Of a DNA stretch of 64,000 bases, positions 39,101 to 54,100 are shown piece after piece. Position numbers and translations under genes: made by a program. This stretch comes from Dehalococcoidia bacterium. Its GTDB lineage: Bacteria > Chloroflexota > Dehalococcoidia > UBA2979. Numbering within the stretch: position 1 is the stretch's first letter; each line of letters begins with the position of its first letter. The stretch covers positions 736,001 to 800,000 of the forward strand of contig CAXXDN010000002.1 of the NCBI GenBank assembly GCA_963667465.2, in the 5' to 3' direction. The notes beneath the pieces were generated by a model. The model was given only the letters and a program-made list of their open reading frames with translations. It searched no databases and was not told where the DNA came from.

Positions 39101-42100
39101 TCGTCGATGATGGTGCCGGTGGCGGTCGACGTGCCGAGCGTGGCGTTGGTCGGCGAGGCGAGCGTGACCGTGAAGGTCTCGGCGCCCTCGGCGACGGTGT
39201 CCTCCGTCGTCTGCACTTCGATCGTGCCGGTGGCGGAGCCGGCGGCAATGGTCAGCGTCGCGGCGCTGCTCTGGGCGGTGTAGTCCGTGTCCGCCGTCGC
39301 CTGCTTCGCGCCCTCCGCGCCGTCGTCGCCCGTCGTCCACTGCACCGTCACATCGCGGCCCGAAACCGCGCCCAGCGTGACGGTGAACTCCGCCTTCCCG
39401 CCCTCCGCCACCGAGGCGTCGGCGATGGTCAGCTCCGGCTCCGTGTCGTCGTCGGTGATCGTGACCTCGGCGTCGGCGATCGTCAGGCCCTCCGCCGTGG
39501 CGTGCACCGTCAGCTTCTCGTCGGCCTCGTCGAGGGTGTCCTGCAGCGGCGCCAGGCTGAACGTCTTCTCACCGCTGGACTCGCCCGCGGTGATCGTGAT
39601 GCTGAAGTCGCTCACGCCCGTGTAGTCCGTGTCCGAGACAGCCGTGTCACCGCCCTTGCCGACCTTCACTGTCACCGTCTTGTTGGCATTGAACGTGACC
39701 GAGCCCGCGAGGGTCGCCGTGACCGTCACCGTCGTCGCGCCGGCGCCCTCGGCCACGCTCGAGGGGTTCACCGACAGCGAGGCCGTCGTCGGGGCGGTGT
39801 CGTCGTCGGTGATGGTCAGCGTCACCGGCGACGGGTTCGCCACTCCGCCGCCCGAGGCTGCGCCGGACACCGACACCGTCGCGTTGGGGGCGTCGACGGC
39901 GTTGTCCACCGCCGTCAGCGTCACCGTGCCCGCGCTGGTCGTTGTGCCCGCCGCGATCGTCAGCGTCTTGTTGGTGCTGAGCGTCACCGGCGAGCCGTTC
40001 GGCACCGACACCTCGATCGTGACGGCCCTGTCCGACTTGCCCGACAGCGTCGCCGTGACCGTGCTCTCGTTGTCGTCGCCGCTCTCGTCGATCGTCGCTG
40101 GGCCCAGCACCAGGCTCACGGTCGGCGTGCCCTCGTCGTCGGTGATGGTCAGCGTCACCGGCGACGGGTTCGCCACTCCGCCGCCCGAGGCCACGCCCGA
40201 CACCGACACCGTCGCGTTGGGGGCGTCGACGGCGTTGTCGACCGCCGTCAGCGTCACCGTGCCTGTGCTGGTCTTTGCGCCCGCCGCGATCGTCAGCGTC
40301 TTGTTGGCGCCGAACGTCACCGGCGAGCCGTTCGGCACCGATACCTCGACCGTCACCTGCTCACTCGACGCCACGGACAGCGTCGCCGTCACCGTGCTCG
40401 CGTTGTCGTCGCCGCTCTCATCGATCGTCGCTGGGCTCACCGACAGGCTCACGGTCGGCGTGCCCTCGTCATCGGTGATGGTCAGCGTCACCGGCGACGG
40501 GTGCGCCACTCCGCCGCCCGAGGCCACGCCCGACACCGACACCGTCGCGTTGGGGGCGTCGACGTCGTTGTCGACCGCCGTCAGCGTCACCGTCCCCGTG
40601 CTGGTCGTCGCGCCCGCCGCGATCGTCAGCGTCGTGTTGGCGCTGAGCGTCACCGGCGAGCCGTTCGGCACCGACACCTCGATCGTGACGGCCCTGTCCG
40701 ACTTGCCCGACAGCGTCGCCGTCACCGTGCTCTCGTTCGTCGCTCCGCTCTCGCCGATGGTTGAGGGAGTCAGCGACAGGGTCGCGGTCGGCGTGGCCTC
40801 GTCGTCGGTCACCGTCACCGCCACGCTGCCCACCGATTCGTCTTCGTAGTCGTTGCCGCGCGAGGTCACGGTGTGCGTGATGCTCGTCTTGCGCTGGTCG
40901 CCCGTGTTGTCCACGTCGTCGTCGACCGCCGTCACGGTCACCGTCTGCGCGTCCCACTCAGACGGCGTGAACGTCAGCGTCTCCGCGCTCACCGTCGCCA
41001 CTGTCGTGTCCGCGCTCGCAACCGTGATCGTCACCGTGCCCGTCGGCTTCGACGCCAACGACACCTCGTAGGTCGCCACGTGCTCTGCCACGTCCTCGGT
41101 CGCGGTCTTGTCCACCTCGTGGACCGTCAGCCCGCCGGCCGGCACCGCAACGCCCGCCGTGTTTGTCAGCGTCACGCCGCGCTCGTCGTCGTCGGTGATG
41201 GTGCCGCTCGCCGTCTTCGTCGTGCCGAGCGTTGCGTTGGTCGGCGAGGCGAGCGTGACGGTGACCGTCTCGTTCGGCTCGTCCAGTTCGTCACCCAGGA
41301 CGGGGATCACGATGCTGCCCGTGGCCGAGCCTGCCGCGATGGTGATGGTCTTCGTCTCGGGGTCCGTGTAGTCCTCGTCCGCCGTGGCCGTGCCGCCGAG
41401 GGTGTAGTCGACACTGACGTCCCGCCCGCTGGCCGCCGACAGCGTGACCGCGAACGTCATGTTCGTCGCCGTGCTCGGGTCGTCGCCCTCCGGCACTGCC
41501 GTCGCGTCCGCGATGGTGACCGTCGGCAGCGCGTCGTCGTCGGTGATCGTGACCTCGGCGTCGGAGATCGTCAGGCCCGTCGCCGTCGCGTGCACCGTCA
41601 GCTTCTCGTCGTCCTCGTCGAGGGTGTCCTGCCTCGGCGCCAGGCTGAAGGTCCCCTGCCCGCTGCTCTGGCCCGCCGTGATCGTGATGTTGAAGCCGCT
41701 GACGCCGGTGTAGTCCGTGCCCGAGCTGGCGGTGTCGCCGTCCTTGCCGACCTTCACCGCCACGGTCGTGTCGGCATTGAACGTGACGGAGCCCGCGAGG
41801 GTCGCCGTGACCGTCACTGTCGTCGCGGCGGCGCCCTCCGCCACGCTCGACGGACTCACCGACAGCGACGCCGTCGTCGATGCCGTGTCGTCGTCGGTGA
41901 TGGTGCCGGTCGCCGTCGACGTGCCAATCGTGGCGTTCGTCGGCGAGGCGAGCGTGACCGTGAACGTCTCGTCGTCCTCGGCGATGCTGTCCTCGGTCGT
42001 CTGCACCTCGATCGTGCCGGTGGCGGAGCCCGCGGCGATGGTCAGCGTCGCGGCGCTGCTCTGGGCGGTGTAGTCCGTGTCCGCCGTCGCCTGGTTCGCG

Positions 42101-45100
42101 CCCTGCGCGCCGTCGTCGCCCGTCGTCCACTGCACGGTGACGTCGCGGCCCGAGACCGCGCCCAGCGTCACCCTGAACTGCGCCTTGCCACCCTCGGCCA
42201 CCGAGGCGTCAGCGATGGTCAGCTCCGGCAGCGCATCGTCGTCGGTGATCGTGACCTCGGCGTCGGCGATCGTCAGGCCGCTCGCCGTGGCGTGCACCGT
42301 CAGCTTCTCGTCGTCCTCGTCGAGGGTGTCCTGCCTCGGCGCCAGGCTGAACGTCTTCTGCCCGCTGGACTCGCCCGCTGTGATCGTGATGTTGAAGCCG
42401 CTGACGCCCGTGTAGTCCGTGTCCGAGACGGCGGTATCGCCGTCCTTGCCAACCTTCACCGCCACCGTCGTGTCGGCATCGAACGTGACGGAGCCCGCGA
42501 GGGTCGCCGTGACCGTCACCGTCGTCGCGCCGGCGCCCTCGGCCACGCTCGAGGGGCTCACCGACAGCGAGGCCGTCGTCGGGGCGTCGTCGTCATCGGT
42601 AATCGTCAGCGTCACCGGCGATGGGCTGGAGACTCCGCCGCCCGAGGCTGCGCCCGACACCGTCACCGTCGCGTTGGGGGCGGCGACGTCGTTATCCACC
42701 GCCGTCAGCGTCACCGCGCCCGTGCTGGTCGTCGCGCCCGCCGCGATCGTCAGCGTCTTGTTGGTGCTGAGCGTCACCGGCGAGCCGTTCGGCACCGACA
42801 CCTCGATCGTGACGGCCCTGTCCGACTTGCCCGACAGCGTCGCCGTGACCGTGCTCTCGTTGTCGTCGCCGCTCTCGTCGATCGTCGTCGGAGTCAGCGA
42901 CAGGCTCACGGTCGGCGTGCCCTCGTCGTCGGTGATGGTTAGCGTCACCGGCGACGGGTCGGAGACTCCGCCGCCCGACGCCGCGCCGGACACCGACACC
43001 GTCGCGTTGGGGGCGTCGACGTCGTTGTCCACCGCCGTCAGCGTCACCGTGCCCGTGCTGGTCTTTGCGCCCGCCGCGATCGTCAGCGTCTTGTTGGCGC
43101 TGAGCGTCACCGGCGAGCCGTCCGGCGCCGATACCTCGACCGTCACCTGCTCACTCGACTCGCCCGACAACGTCGCCGTCACCGTGCTCGCGTTGTCGTC
43201 GCCGCTCTCGTCGATCGTTGAGGGAGTCAGCACCAGGGTCGCGGTCGGCGTGCCCTCGTCGTCGGTGATCGTCAGCGTCACGTCCGATGGGTTGGAGACG
43301 CCGCCGCCTGAGGCTGTGCCCGACACCGACACCGTCGCGTTGGGGGCGTCGACGTCGTTGTCGACCGCCGTCAGCGTCACCGTGCCCGCGCTGGTCGTTG
43401 TGCCCGCCGCGATCGTCAGCGTCTTGTTGGTGCTGAGCGTCACCGGCGAGCCGTTCGGCACCGACACCTCGATCGTGACGGCCCTGTCCGACTTGCCCGA
43501 CAGCGTCGCCGTGACCGTGCTCGCGTTGCCATTGCCGCTCTCATTGATCGTCGCTGGGCTCAGCACCAGGGTCGCGGTCGGCGTGGCCTCGTCGTCGGTC
43601 ACCGTCACCGCCACGCTGCCCACCGACTCGCCGTCGTAGTCGTTGCCACTCGAGCTCACCGTGTGCGTGATGCTCGTCTTGCGCTGGTCGCCCGTGTTGT
43701 CCAGGTCGTCGTCGACCGCCGTCACCGTCACCAGCTGCGCGTCCCACTCAGACGGCGTGAACGTCAGCGTCTCCGCGCTCACCGTCGCCACTGTCGTGTC
43801 CGCGCTCGCAACCGTGATCGTCACCGTGCCCGTCGGCTTCGACGCCAACGACACCTCGTAGGTCGCCACGTCCTCCGCCACGTCCGCCGTCGCGTCCTTG
43901 TCCACCTCGTGGACCGTCAGCCCGCCGGCCGGCACCGCCACGCCCGCCGGGTTCGTCAGCGTCACGCCGCGCTCGTCGTCGTCGCTGATCGTGCCGCTCG
44001 CCGTCTTCGTCGTGCCGAGCGTTGCATTGGCGGGGCTCGTCAGCGTGACCGTGACGGTCTCGTTCGGCTCGTCCAGTTCGTCGCCCAGGACGGGGATGCT
44101 GATGGAGCCGGCCTCGTCGCCCGCATCGATAGTGATGGTCTTCGTCTCGGGGTCCGTGTAGTCCTCGTCCGCCGTGGCCGTGCCGCCGAGGGTGTAGTCG
44201 ACACTGACGTCCCGCCCGCTGGCCGCCGACAGCGTGACCGCGAACGTCATGTTCGTCGCCGTGCCCGGGTCGTCGCCCTCCGGCACTGCCGTCGCGTCCG
44301 CGATGGTGACCGTCGGCAGCGCGTCGTCGTCGGTGATCGTGACCTCGGCGTCGGAGATGGTCAGGTCGGTCGCCGTCGCGTGCACCGTCAGCTTCTCGTC
44401 GTCCTCGTCGAGGGTGTCCTGCTTCGGCGTCAGGCTGAAGGTCTGCTCACCGCTCTTCTGGCCCGCCGAGATCGTCAGCGTCACATCGGACACTGCCGTG
44501 TAGTCCGTGTCCGAGACGGCGGTATCGCCGTCCTTGCCGACCTTCACCGCCACCGTCGTGTCGGTGGCGAAGGTGATGGCCTTCGTGATGGTGGTCTCTG
44601 TCGGCGGGTCGACCGTTGTGTCCCGTACGACCTCCGTGATCGCATCGAGGGTCGCCGTGACCGTCACCGTCGTGGCGCCGGCGCCCTCCGCCACGCTCGA
44701 GGGGCTCACCGACAGCGAGGCCGTCGTCGGGGCCGTGTCGTCGTCGGTGATGGTGCCGGTGGCGGTCTTCGGCGTGCCGAGCGTCGCGTTCGTCGGCGAG
44801 GCGAGCGTGACCGCGAACGTCTCGGCGTCCTCGGCGATGCTGTCCTCGGTCGTCTGCACCTCGATGGTGCCGGTCCTGGAGCCGGCGGCGATGGTCAGCG
44901 TCTGGGCCGTCGTCTGGGCGGTGTAGTCCGTGTCCGCCGTCGCCTGCTTCGCGCCCTCCGCGCCGTCGTCGCCGGTCGTCCACTGCACCGTCACATCGCG
45001 GCCCGAAACCGCGCCCAGCGTGACGGTGAACTCCGCCTTCCCGCCTTCCGCCACCGAAGCGTCGGCGATCGTCAGCTCGGGCAACGCGTCGTCGTCGGTG

Positions 45101-48100
45101 ATCGTGACCTCGGCGACGGCGATGGTCAGGTCCGTCGCCGTCGCGTGCACCGTCAGCTTCTCGTCGGCCTCGTCGAGGGTGTCCTGCTTCGGCGCCAGGC
45201 TGAACGTCCCCTGCCCGCTCTTCTGGCCGGCCGTGATCGTGATGTTGAAGCCGCTGACGCCGGTGTAGTCCGTGCCTGACTCCGCCGCGTCGCCGTCCTT
45301 GCCTACCGTCACTGCCACCGTCGTGTCGGCAGCGAACGTCGTCGAGCCGCCGAGGGTTGCCGTGACCGTCACCGTCGTCGCGCTGTCCTCTTCGCCCACG
45401 CTCGTCGGGCTCACCGACAGCGAGGCCGTCGTCGGGGCGGTGTCGTCATCGGTGATGGTGCCCGTCGCCGTCGACGGGGAGCCGAGCGTGGTGTTCGTCG
45501 GCGAGGCGAGCGTGACCGCGAAGGTCTCGGCGTCCTCGGCGATGCTGTCCTCGGTCGTCTGCACTTCGATGGTGCCGGTCCTGGAGCCGGCGGCGATGGT
45601 CAGCGTCTGGGCCGTCGTCTGGGCGGTGTAGTCCGTGTCCGCCGTCGCCTGGTTCGCGCCCTCCGCGCCGTCGTCCCCGGTCGTCCATTGCACGGTGACG
45701 TCGCGGCCCGAGACCGCGTCCAGCGAGACGGTGAACTGCGCCTTCCCACCCTCCGCCACCGAGGCGTCAGCGATGGTCAGCTCCGGCAGCGCGTCGTCGT
45801 CGGTGATCGTCACCTCGGCATCGGCGATCGTCAGGCCGCTCGCCGTCGCGTGCACCGTCAGCTTCTCGCCGTCTTCGTCGAGGGTGTCCTGCCTCGGCGC
45901 CAGGCTGAACGTTCCCTGCCCGCTCTTCTGGCCCGCCGTGATTGTCAGCGTCACATCGGACACTGCCGTGTAGTCCGTACCCGACTCCGCCGTGTCGCCG
46001 TCCTTGCCGACCTTCACCGTCACCGTCGTGTCGGCAGCGAACGTGACCGAGCCCGCGAGGGTCGCCGTGACCGTCACCGTCGTCGCGGCGGCGCCCTCGG
46101 CCACGCTCGACGGGCTCACCGATAGCGAGGCCGTCGTCGGGGCGTCGTCGTCATCGGTGATCGTCAGCGTCACCGGCGACGGGTGCGCCACTCCGCCGCC
46201 CGAGGCTGCGCCCGACACCGACACCGTCGCGTTGGGGGCGTCGACGTCGTTGTCCACCGCCGTCAGCGTCACCGTGCCTGTGCTGGTCTTTGCGCCCGCC
46301 GCGATCGTCAGCGTCTTGTTGGCGCTGAGCGTCACCGGCGATTGAGCGGGGACCGACACCTCGACCGTCACCTGCTCACTCGACGCCACGGACAGCGTCG
46401 CCGTGACCGTGCTCGCGTTGTCGTCGCCGCTCTCATCGATCGTCGTCGGATTCAGCGACAGGCTCACGGTCGGCGTGCCCTCGTCGTCGGTAATCGTCAG
46501 CGTCACCGGCGATGGGCTGGAGACTCCGCCGCCCGAGGCTGCGCCCGACACCGTCACCGTCGCGTTGGGGGCGTCAACGTCGTTGTCGACCGCCGTCAGC
46601 GTCACCGTGCCCGCGCTGGTCTTTGCGCCCGCTGCGATCGTCAGCGTCTTGTTGGCGCTGAGCGTCACCGGCGACTGAGCCGGGACCGACACCTCGAGCG
46701 TCACCTGCTCACTCGACGCCACGGACAGCGTCGCCGTCACCGTGCTCGCGTTGCCATTGCCGTTCTCATTGATCGTCGTCGGGCTCAGCACCAGGGTCGC
46801 GGTCGGCGTGCCCTCGTCGTCGGTGATCGTCAGCGTCACGGCCGATGGGTCGGAGACTCCGCCGCCCGAGGCTGCGCCCGACACCGACACCGTCGCGTTG
46901 GGGGCGTCGCCGTCGTTGTCCACCGCCGTCAGCGTCACCGCCCCCGTGCTGGTCGTCGCCTCAGCCGCGATCGTCAGCGTCTTGTTGGCGCTGAGCGTCA
47001 CCGGCGAGCCGTTCGGCACCGACACCTCGATCGTGACGGCCCTGTCCGATTTGCCCGACAGCGTCGCCGTGACCGTGCTCTCGTTGTCGTCGCCGCTCTC
47101 GTTGATCGTCGCTGGGCTCAGCGACAGGGTCGCGGTCGGCGTGGCCTCGTCGTCGGTCACCGTCACCGCGACGCTGCCCACCGACTGGCTGTCGTAGTCG
47201 TTGCCGCGCGAGCTCACCGTGTGCGTGATGCTCGTCTTGCGCTGGTCGCCCGCGTTGTCCAGGTCGTCGTCGACCGCCGTGACCGTCACCAGCTGCGCGT
47301 CCCACTCAGACGGCGTGAACGTCAGCGTCTTCGGGCTCACCGTCGCCACCGTCGTGTCCGCGCTCGCAACCGTGATCGTCACCGTGCCCGTCGGCTTCGA
47401 CGCCAGCGACACCTCGTAGGTCGCCACGTGCTCTGCCACGTCCTCGGTCGCGGTCTTGTCCACCTCGTGGACCGTCAGCCCGCCGGCCGGCACCGCAACG
47501 CCCGCCGTGTTTGTCAGCGTCACGCCGCGCTCGTCGTCGTCGGTGATGGTGCCGCTCGCCGTCTTCGTCGTGCCGAGCGTTGCGTTGGTCGGCGAGGCGA
47601 GCGTGACGGTGACCGTCTCGTTCGGCTCGTCCAGTTCGTCGCCCAGGACGGGGATCACGATGCTGCCCGTGGCCGAGCCTGCCTTGATGGTGATGGTCTT
47701 TGTCTCGGGGTCGGTGTAGTCCTCGTCCGCCGTGGCCGTGCCGCCGAGGGTGTAGTCGACGCTGACGTCCCGCCCGCTGACCGCCGACAGCGTGACCGTG
47801 AACGTCATGTTCGTCGCCGTGCCCGGGTCGTCGCCCTCCGGCACTGCCGCAGCGTTCGCGATGCTGACCGTCGGCAGCGCGTCGTCGTCGGTGATGCTGA
47901 CCTCGGCGTCGGCGATCGTCAGGCCGCTCGCCGTCGCGTGCACCGTCAGCATCTCGTCGTCCTCGTCGAGGGTGTCCTGCTTCGGCGCCAGGCTGAAGGT
48001 CTGCTCACCGCTCTTCTGGCCCGCCGAGATCGTCAGCGTCACATCGGACACTGCCGTGTAGTCCGTGTCCGAGACGGCGGTATCGCCGTCCTTGCCGACC

Positions 48101-51100
48101 TTCACCGCCACCGTCGTGTCGGCAGTGAACGTGACGGAGCCCGCGAGGGTCGCCGTGACCGTCACCGTCGTCGCGCTGTCCTCTTCGCCCACGCTCGGCG
48201 GGTTTACCGACAGCGCCGCCGTCGTCGGGGCGGTGTCGTCGTCGGTGATGGTGCCGGTGGCGGTCGACGTGCCGAGCGTGGCGTTCGTCGGCGAGGCGAG
48301 CGTGACCGCGAACGTCTCGGCGTCCTCGGCGATGCTGTCCTCTGTCGTCTGCACCTCGATCGTGCCGGTGGCGGAGCCGGCGGCGATGGTCAGCGTCTGG
48401 GCCGTCGTCTGGGCGGTGTAGTCCGTGTCCGCCGTCGCCTGGTTCGCGCCCTCCGCGCCGTCGTCCCCGGTCGTCCATTGCACGGTGACATCGCGGCCCG
48501 AGACCGCGCCCAGCGAGACGGTGAACTGCGCCTTCCCACCCTCCGCCACCGAGGCGTCGGCGATGCTGACCGTCGGCAGCGCGTCGTCGTCGGTGATGCT
48601 GACCTCGGCGTCGGCGATCGTCAGGCCCGTCGCGGTGGCGTGCACCGTCAGCTTCTCGTCGTCCTCGTCGAGGGTGTCCTGCTTCGGCGCCAGGCTGAAG
48701 GTCCCCTGCCCGCTCTTCTGGCCGGCCGTGATTGTCAGTGTCACATCGGACACTGCCGTGTAGTCCGTGCCCGACTCGGCCGCGTCGCCGTCCTTGCCGA
48801 CCTTCACCGTCACTGTCGTGTCGGCATCGAACGTCGTCGTGCCGCCGAGGGTCGCCGTGACCGTCACCGTCGTCGCGCTGTCCTCTTCGCCCACGCTCGA
48901 CGGGCTCACCGACAGCGAGGCCGTCGTCGGGGCGGTGTCGTCGTCGGTGATGGTGCCCGTCGCCGTCGACGGGGAGCCGAGCGTGGTGTTCGTCGGCGAG
49001 GCGAGCGTGACCGTGAAGGTCTCGTCGCTCTCGGCGATGGTGTCCTCTGTCGTCTGCACCTCGATGGTGCCGGTCCTGGAGCCGGCGGCGATGGTCAGCG
49101 TCTGGGCCGTCGTCTGCGCGGTGTAGTCCGTGTCCGCCGTCGCCTGGTTCGCGCCCTGCGCGCCGTCGTCGCCGGTCGTCCACTGCACGGTGACCTCGCG
49201 GCCTGAAACCGCGCCCAGCGTGACGGTGAACTCCGCCTTCCCGCCTTCCGCCACCGAGGCGTCAGCGATGGTCAGCTCGGGCAGCGCGTCGTCGTCGGTG
49301 ATCGTGACCTCGGCGTCGGAGATCGTCAGGCCCGTCGCCGTCGCGTGCACCGTCAGCTTCTCGTTGTCTTCGTCGAGGGTGTCCTGCGTCGGCGCCAGGC
49401 TGAACGTCCCCTGCCCGCTCTTCTGGCCGGCCGTGATCGTGATGTTGAAGCCGCTGACGCCGGTGTAGTCCGTGTCCGAGACGGCGGTGTCACCGCCCTT
49501 GCCGACCTTCACCGCCACCGTTGTGTCGGCAGCGAACGTCGTCGAGCCGCCGAGGGTTGCCGTGACCGTCACCGTCGTCGCGCTGTCCTCTTCGCCCACG
49601 CTCGAGGGGCTCACCGCCAGCGAGGCCGTCGTCGGGGCGTCGTCGTCATCGGTAATCGTCAGCGTCACCGCCTGCGGGTTCGCCACTCCGCCGCCCGACG
49701 CCGCGCCGGACACCGACACCGTCGCGTTGGGGGCGTCGACGTCGTTGTCCACCGCCGTCAGCGTCACCGTGCCCGCGCTGGTCTTTGCGCCCGCTGCGAT
49801 CGTCAGCGTCTTGTTGGCGCTGAGCGTCACCGGCGCGCCGTTCGGCACCGATACCTCGACCGTCACCTGCTCACTCGACTCGCCCGACAACGTCGCCGTC
49901 ACCGTGCTCGCATTGCCATTGCCGCTCTCATCGATCGTCGTCGGAGTCAGCGAGAGGCTCACGGTCGGCGTGCCCTCGTCGTCCGTGATCGTCAGCGTCA
50001 CGGCCGATGGGTCTGAGACTCCGCCGCCTGAGGCTGTGCCCGACACCGACACCGTCGTGTTGGGGGCGTCGACGTCGTTGTCGACCGCCGTCAGCGTCAC
50101 CGCGCCCGTGCTGGTCGTCGCGCCCGCTGCGATTGTCAGCGTCGTGTTGGCGCCGAGCGTCACCGGCGAGCTGTTCGGCACCGCCACCTCGATCGTGACG
50201 GCCCTGTCCGACTTGCCCGACAGCGTCGCCGTGACCGTGCTCTCGTTCGTCGCCCCGCTCTCGTCAATCGTTGAGGGAGTCAGCGCCAGGGTCGCGACCG
50301 GCGTGGCCTCGTCGTCGGTCACCGTCACCGCGACGCTGCCCACCGACTCGTCGTCGTAGTCGTTGCCACTCGAGCTCACCGTGTGCGTGATGCTCGTCTT
50401 GCGCTGGTCGCCCGCGTTGTCCAGGTCGTCGTCGACCGCCGTGACCGTCACCAGCTGCGCGTCCCACTCAGACGGCGTGAACGTCAGCGTCTCCGCGCTC
50501 ACCGTCGCCACTGTCGTGTCCGCGCTCGCAACCGTGATCGTCACCGTGCCCGTCGGCTTCGACGCCAACGACACCTCGTAGGTCGCCACGTCCTCCGCCA
50601 CGTCCGCCGTCGCGTCCTTGTCCACCTCGTGGACCGTCAGCCCGCCGGCCGGCACCGCCACGCCCGCCGGGTTCGTCAGCGTCACGCCGCGCTCGTCGTC
50701 GTCGCTGATCGTACCGCTCGCCGCGTTCGGCTTGCCGAGCGTGGCGTTGGTGGGGTTCGTCAGCGTGACCATGACGGTCTCGTTCGGCTCGTCCAGTTCG
50801 TCGCCCAGGACGGGGATGCTGATGGAGCCGGCCTCGTCGCCCGCATCGATAGTGATGGTCTTCGTCTCGGGGTCCGTGTAGTCCTCGTCCGCCGTGGCCG
50901 TGCCGCCGAGGGTGTAGTCGACGCTGACGTCCCGCCCGCTGGCGGCCGACAGCGTGACCGCGAACGTCATGTTCGTCGCCGTGCCCGGGTCGTCGCCCTC
51001 CGCCACCGCCGCAGCGTTCGCGATGCTGACCGTCGGCAGCGCGTCGTCGTCGGTGATGCTGACCTCGGCGTCGGCGATCGTCAGGCCCGTCGCGGTGGCG

Positions 51101-54100
51101 TGCACCGTCAGCTTCTCGTCGTCCTCGTCGAGGGTGTCCTGCTTCGGCGCCAGGCTGAAGGTCTGCTCACCGCTCTTCTGGCCGGCTGAGATCGTTAGCG
51201 TCACATCGGACACTGCCGTGTAGTCCGTGCCTGACTCCGCCGCGTCGCCGTCCTCGCCGACCTTCACCGTCACTGTCGTGTCGGCATCGAACGTCGTCGT
51301 GCCGCCGAGGGTCGCCGTGACCGTCACCGTCGTCGCGCTGTCCTCTTCGCCCACGCTCGGCGGGTTTACCGACAGCGCCGCCGTCGTCGGGGCCGTGTCG
51401 TCGTCGGTGATGGTGCCGGTGGCCGTCGACGAGGAGCCGAGCGTGGCGTTCGTCGGCGAGGCGAGCGTGACCGTGAACGTCTCGGCGTCCTCGGCGATGC
51501 TGTCCTCGGTCGTCTGCACCTCGATCGTGCCGGTCCTGGAGCCAGACTTGATGGTCAGCGTCTGGGCCGTCGTCTGGGCGGTGTAGTCCGTGTCCGCCGT
51601 CGCCTGGTTCGCGCCGTCCGCGCCGTCGTCGCCGGTCGTCCACTGCACGGTGACGTCGCGGCCTGAAACCGCGCCCAGCGTGACGGTGAACTCCGCCTTC
51701 CCGCCTTCCGCCACCGAGGCGTCGGCGATGGTCAGCTCGGGCAGCGCGTCGTCGTCGGTGATCGTGACCTCGGCGTCGGAGATCGTCAGGTCCGTCGCCG
51801 TCGCGTGCACCGTCAGCTTCTCGTCGGCCTCGTCGAGGGTGTCCTGCATCGGCGCCAGGCTGAAGGTCCCTTGCCCGCTCTTCTGGCCGGCCGTGATTGT
51901 CAGCGTCACATCGGACACTGCCGTGTAGTCCGTGTCCGAGACGGCGGTATCGCCGGTCTTGCCGACCTTCACCGTCACCGTCGTGTTGGCATCGAACGTG
52001 ACCGAGCCCGCGAGGGTCGCCGTGACCGTCACCGTCGTCGCGCCGGCGCCCTCCGCCACGCTCGAGGGGCTCACCGACAGCGAAGCCGTCGTCGGGGCCG
52101 TGTCGTCGTCGGTGATGGTGCCGGTGGCGGTCGACGTGCCGAGCGTGGCGTTGGTCGGCGAGGCGAGCGTGACGGTGAAGGTCTCGTCGCCCTCGGCGAT
52201 GCTGTCCTCGGTCGTCTGCACCTCGATCGTGCCGGTCCTGGAGCCGGCGGCGATGGTCAGCGTCGCGGCGCTGCTCTGGGCGGTGTAGTCCGTGTCCGCC
52301 GTCGCTTGGCTCGCGCCCTGCGCGCCGTCGTCGCCGGTCGTCCACTGCACGGTGACATCGCGGCCCGAGACCTCGCCCAGCGAGACGGTGAACTGCGCCT
52401 TCCCGCCTTCGGCCACCGAGGCGTTGGCGATCGTCAGCTCGGGCAGCGCGTCGTCGTCGGTGATCGTGACCTCGGCGTCGGCGATGGTCAGGTCCGTCGC
52501 CGTGGCGTGCACCGTCAGCTTCTCGTCGGCCTCGTCGAGGGTGTCCTGCAGCGGCGCCAGGCTGAAGGTCCCCTGCCCGCTCTTCTGGCCGGCCGTGATC
52601 GTCAGCGTCACATCGGACACTGCCGTGTAGTCCGTGCCCGACTCGGCCGCGTCGCCGTCCTTGCCGACCTTCACCGTCACCGTCGTGTCGGCAGCGAACG
52701 TGACCGAGCCCGCGAGGGTCGCCGTGACCGTCACCGTCGTCGCGCCGGCGCCCTCCGCCACGCTCGAGGGGCTCACCGACAGCGCCGCCGTCGTCGGGGC
52801 GTCGTCGTCATCGGTAATCGTCAGCGTCACCGGCGATGGGCTGGAGACTCCGCCGCCCGAGGCTGCGCCCGACACCGTCACCGTCGCGTTGGGGGCGTCG
52901 ACGTCGTTGTCCACCGCCGTCAGCGTCACCGTGCCCGTGCTGCTCTTTGCGCCAGCCGCGATCGTCAGCGTCTTGTTGGCGCTGAGCGTCACCGGCGACT
53001 GAGCGGGGACCGATACCTCGACCGTCACCTGCTCACTCGACTCGCCCGACAACGTCGCCGTCACCGTGCTCGCATTGCCATTGCCGCTCTCATTGATCGT
53101 CGTCGGACTCAGCGACAGGGTCACGGTCGGCGTGTCCTCGTCATCGGTGATGGTCAGCGTCACCGGCGACGGGTTCGCGACTCCGCCGCCCGAGGCTGCG
53201 CCGGATACCGTCACCGTCGCGTTGGGGGCGTCGACGTCGTTGTCCACCGCCGTCAGCGTCACCGTGCCTGTGCTGGTCTTTGCGCCCGCCGCGATCGTCA
53301 GCGTCTTGTTGGTGGTGAGCGTCACCGGCGAGCCGTTCGGTACCGATACCTCGACCGTCACCTGCTCACTCGACGCCACGGACAGCGTCGCCGTCACCGT
53401 GCTCTCGTTGTCGTCGCCGCTCTCATCGATCGTTGAGGGAGTCAGCGCCAGGCTCACGGTCGGCGTGCCCTCGTCGTCCGTGATCGTCAGCGTCACGGCC
53501 GATGGGTCTGAGACTCCGCCGCCCGTGGCTGTGCCGGACACCGACACCGTCGCGTTGGGGGCGTCGACGTCGTTGTCCACCGCCGTCAGCGTCACCGTGC
53601 CCGCGCTGGTCGTTGTGCCCGCCGCGATCGTCAGCGTCTTGTTGGTGCTGAGCGTCACCGGCGAGCCGTTCGGCACCGACACCTCGATCGTGACGGCCCT
53701 GTCCGACTTGCCCGACAGCGTCGCCGTGACCGTGCTCGCGTTGCCATTGCCGCTCTCATTGATCGTCGCTGGGCTCAGCACCAGGGTCGCGGTCGGCGTG
53801 GCCTCGTCGTCGGTCACCGTCACCGCCACGCTGCCCACCGACTCGCCGTCGTAGTCGTTGCCACTCGAGCTCACCGTGTGCGTGATGCTCGTCTTGCGCT
53901 GGTCGCCTGCGTTGTCCACGTCGTCGTCGACCGCCGTCACGGTCACCGTCTGCGCGGCCCAGTTCGACGGCGTGAATGTCAGCGTCTTCGCGCTCACCGT
54001 CGCCACCGTCGGGTCCGCGCTCCCAACCGTGATCGTCACCGTGCCTGTCGGCTTCGACGCCAGCGACACCTCGTAGGTCGCCAAGTGCTCTGCCACGTCC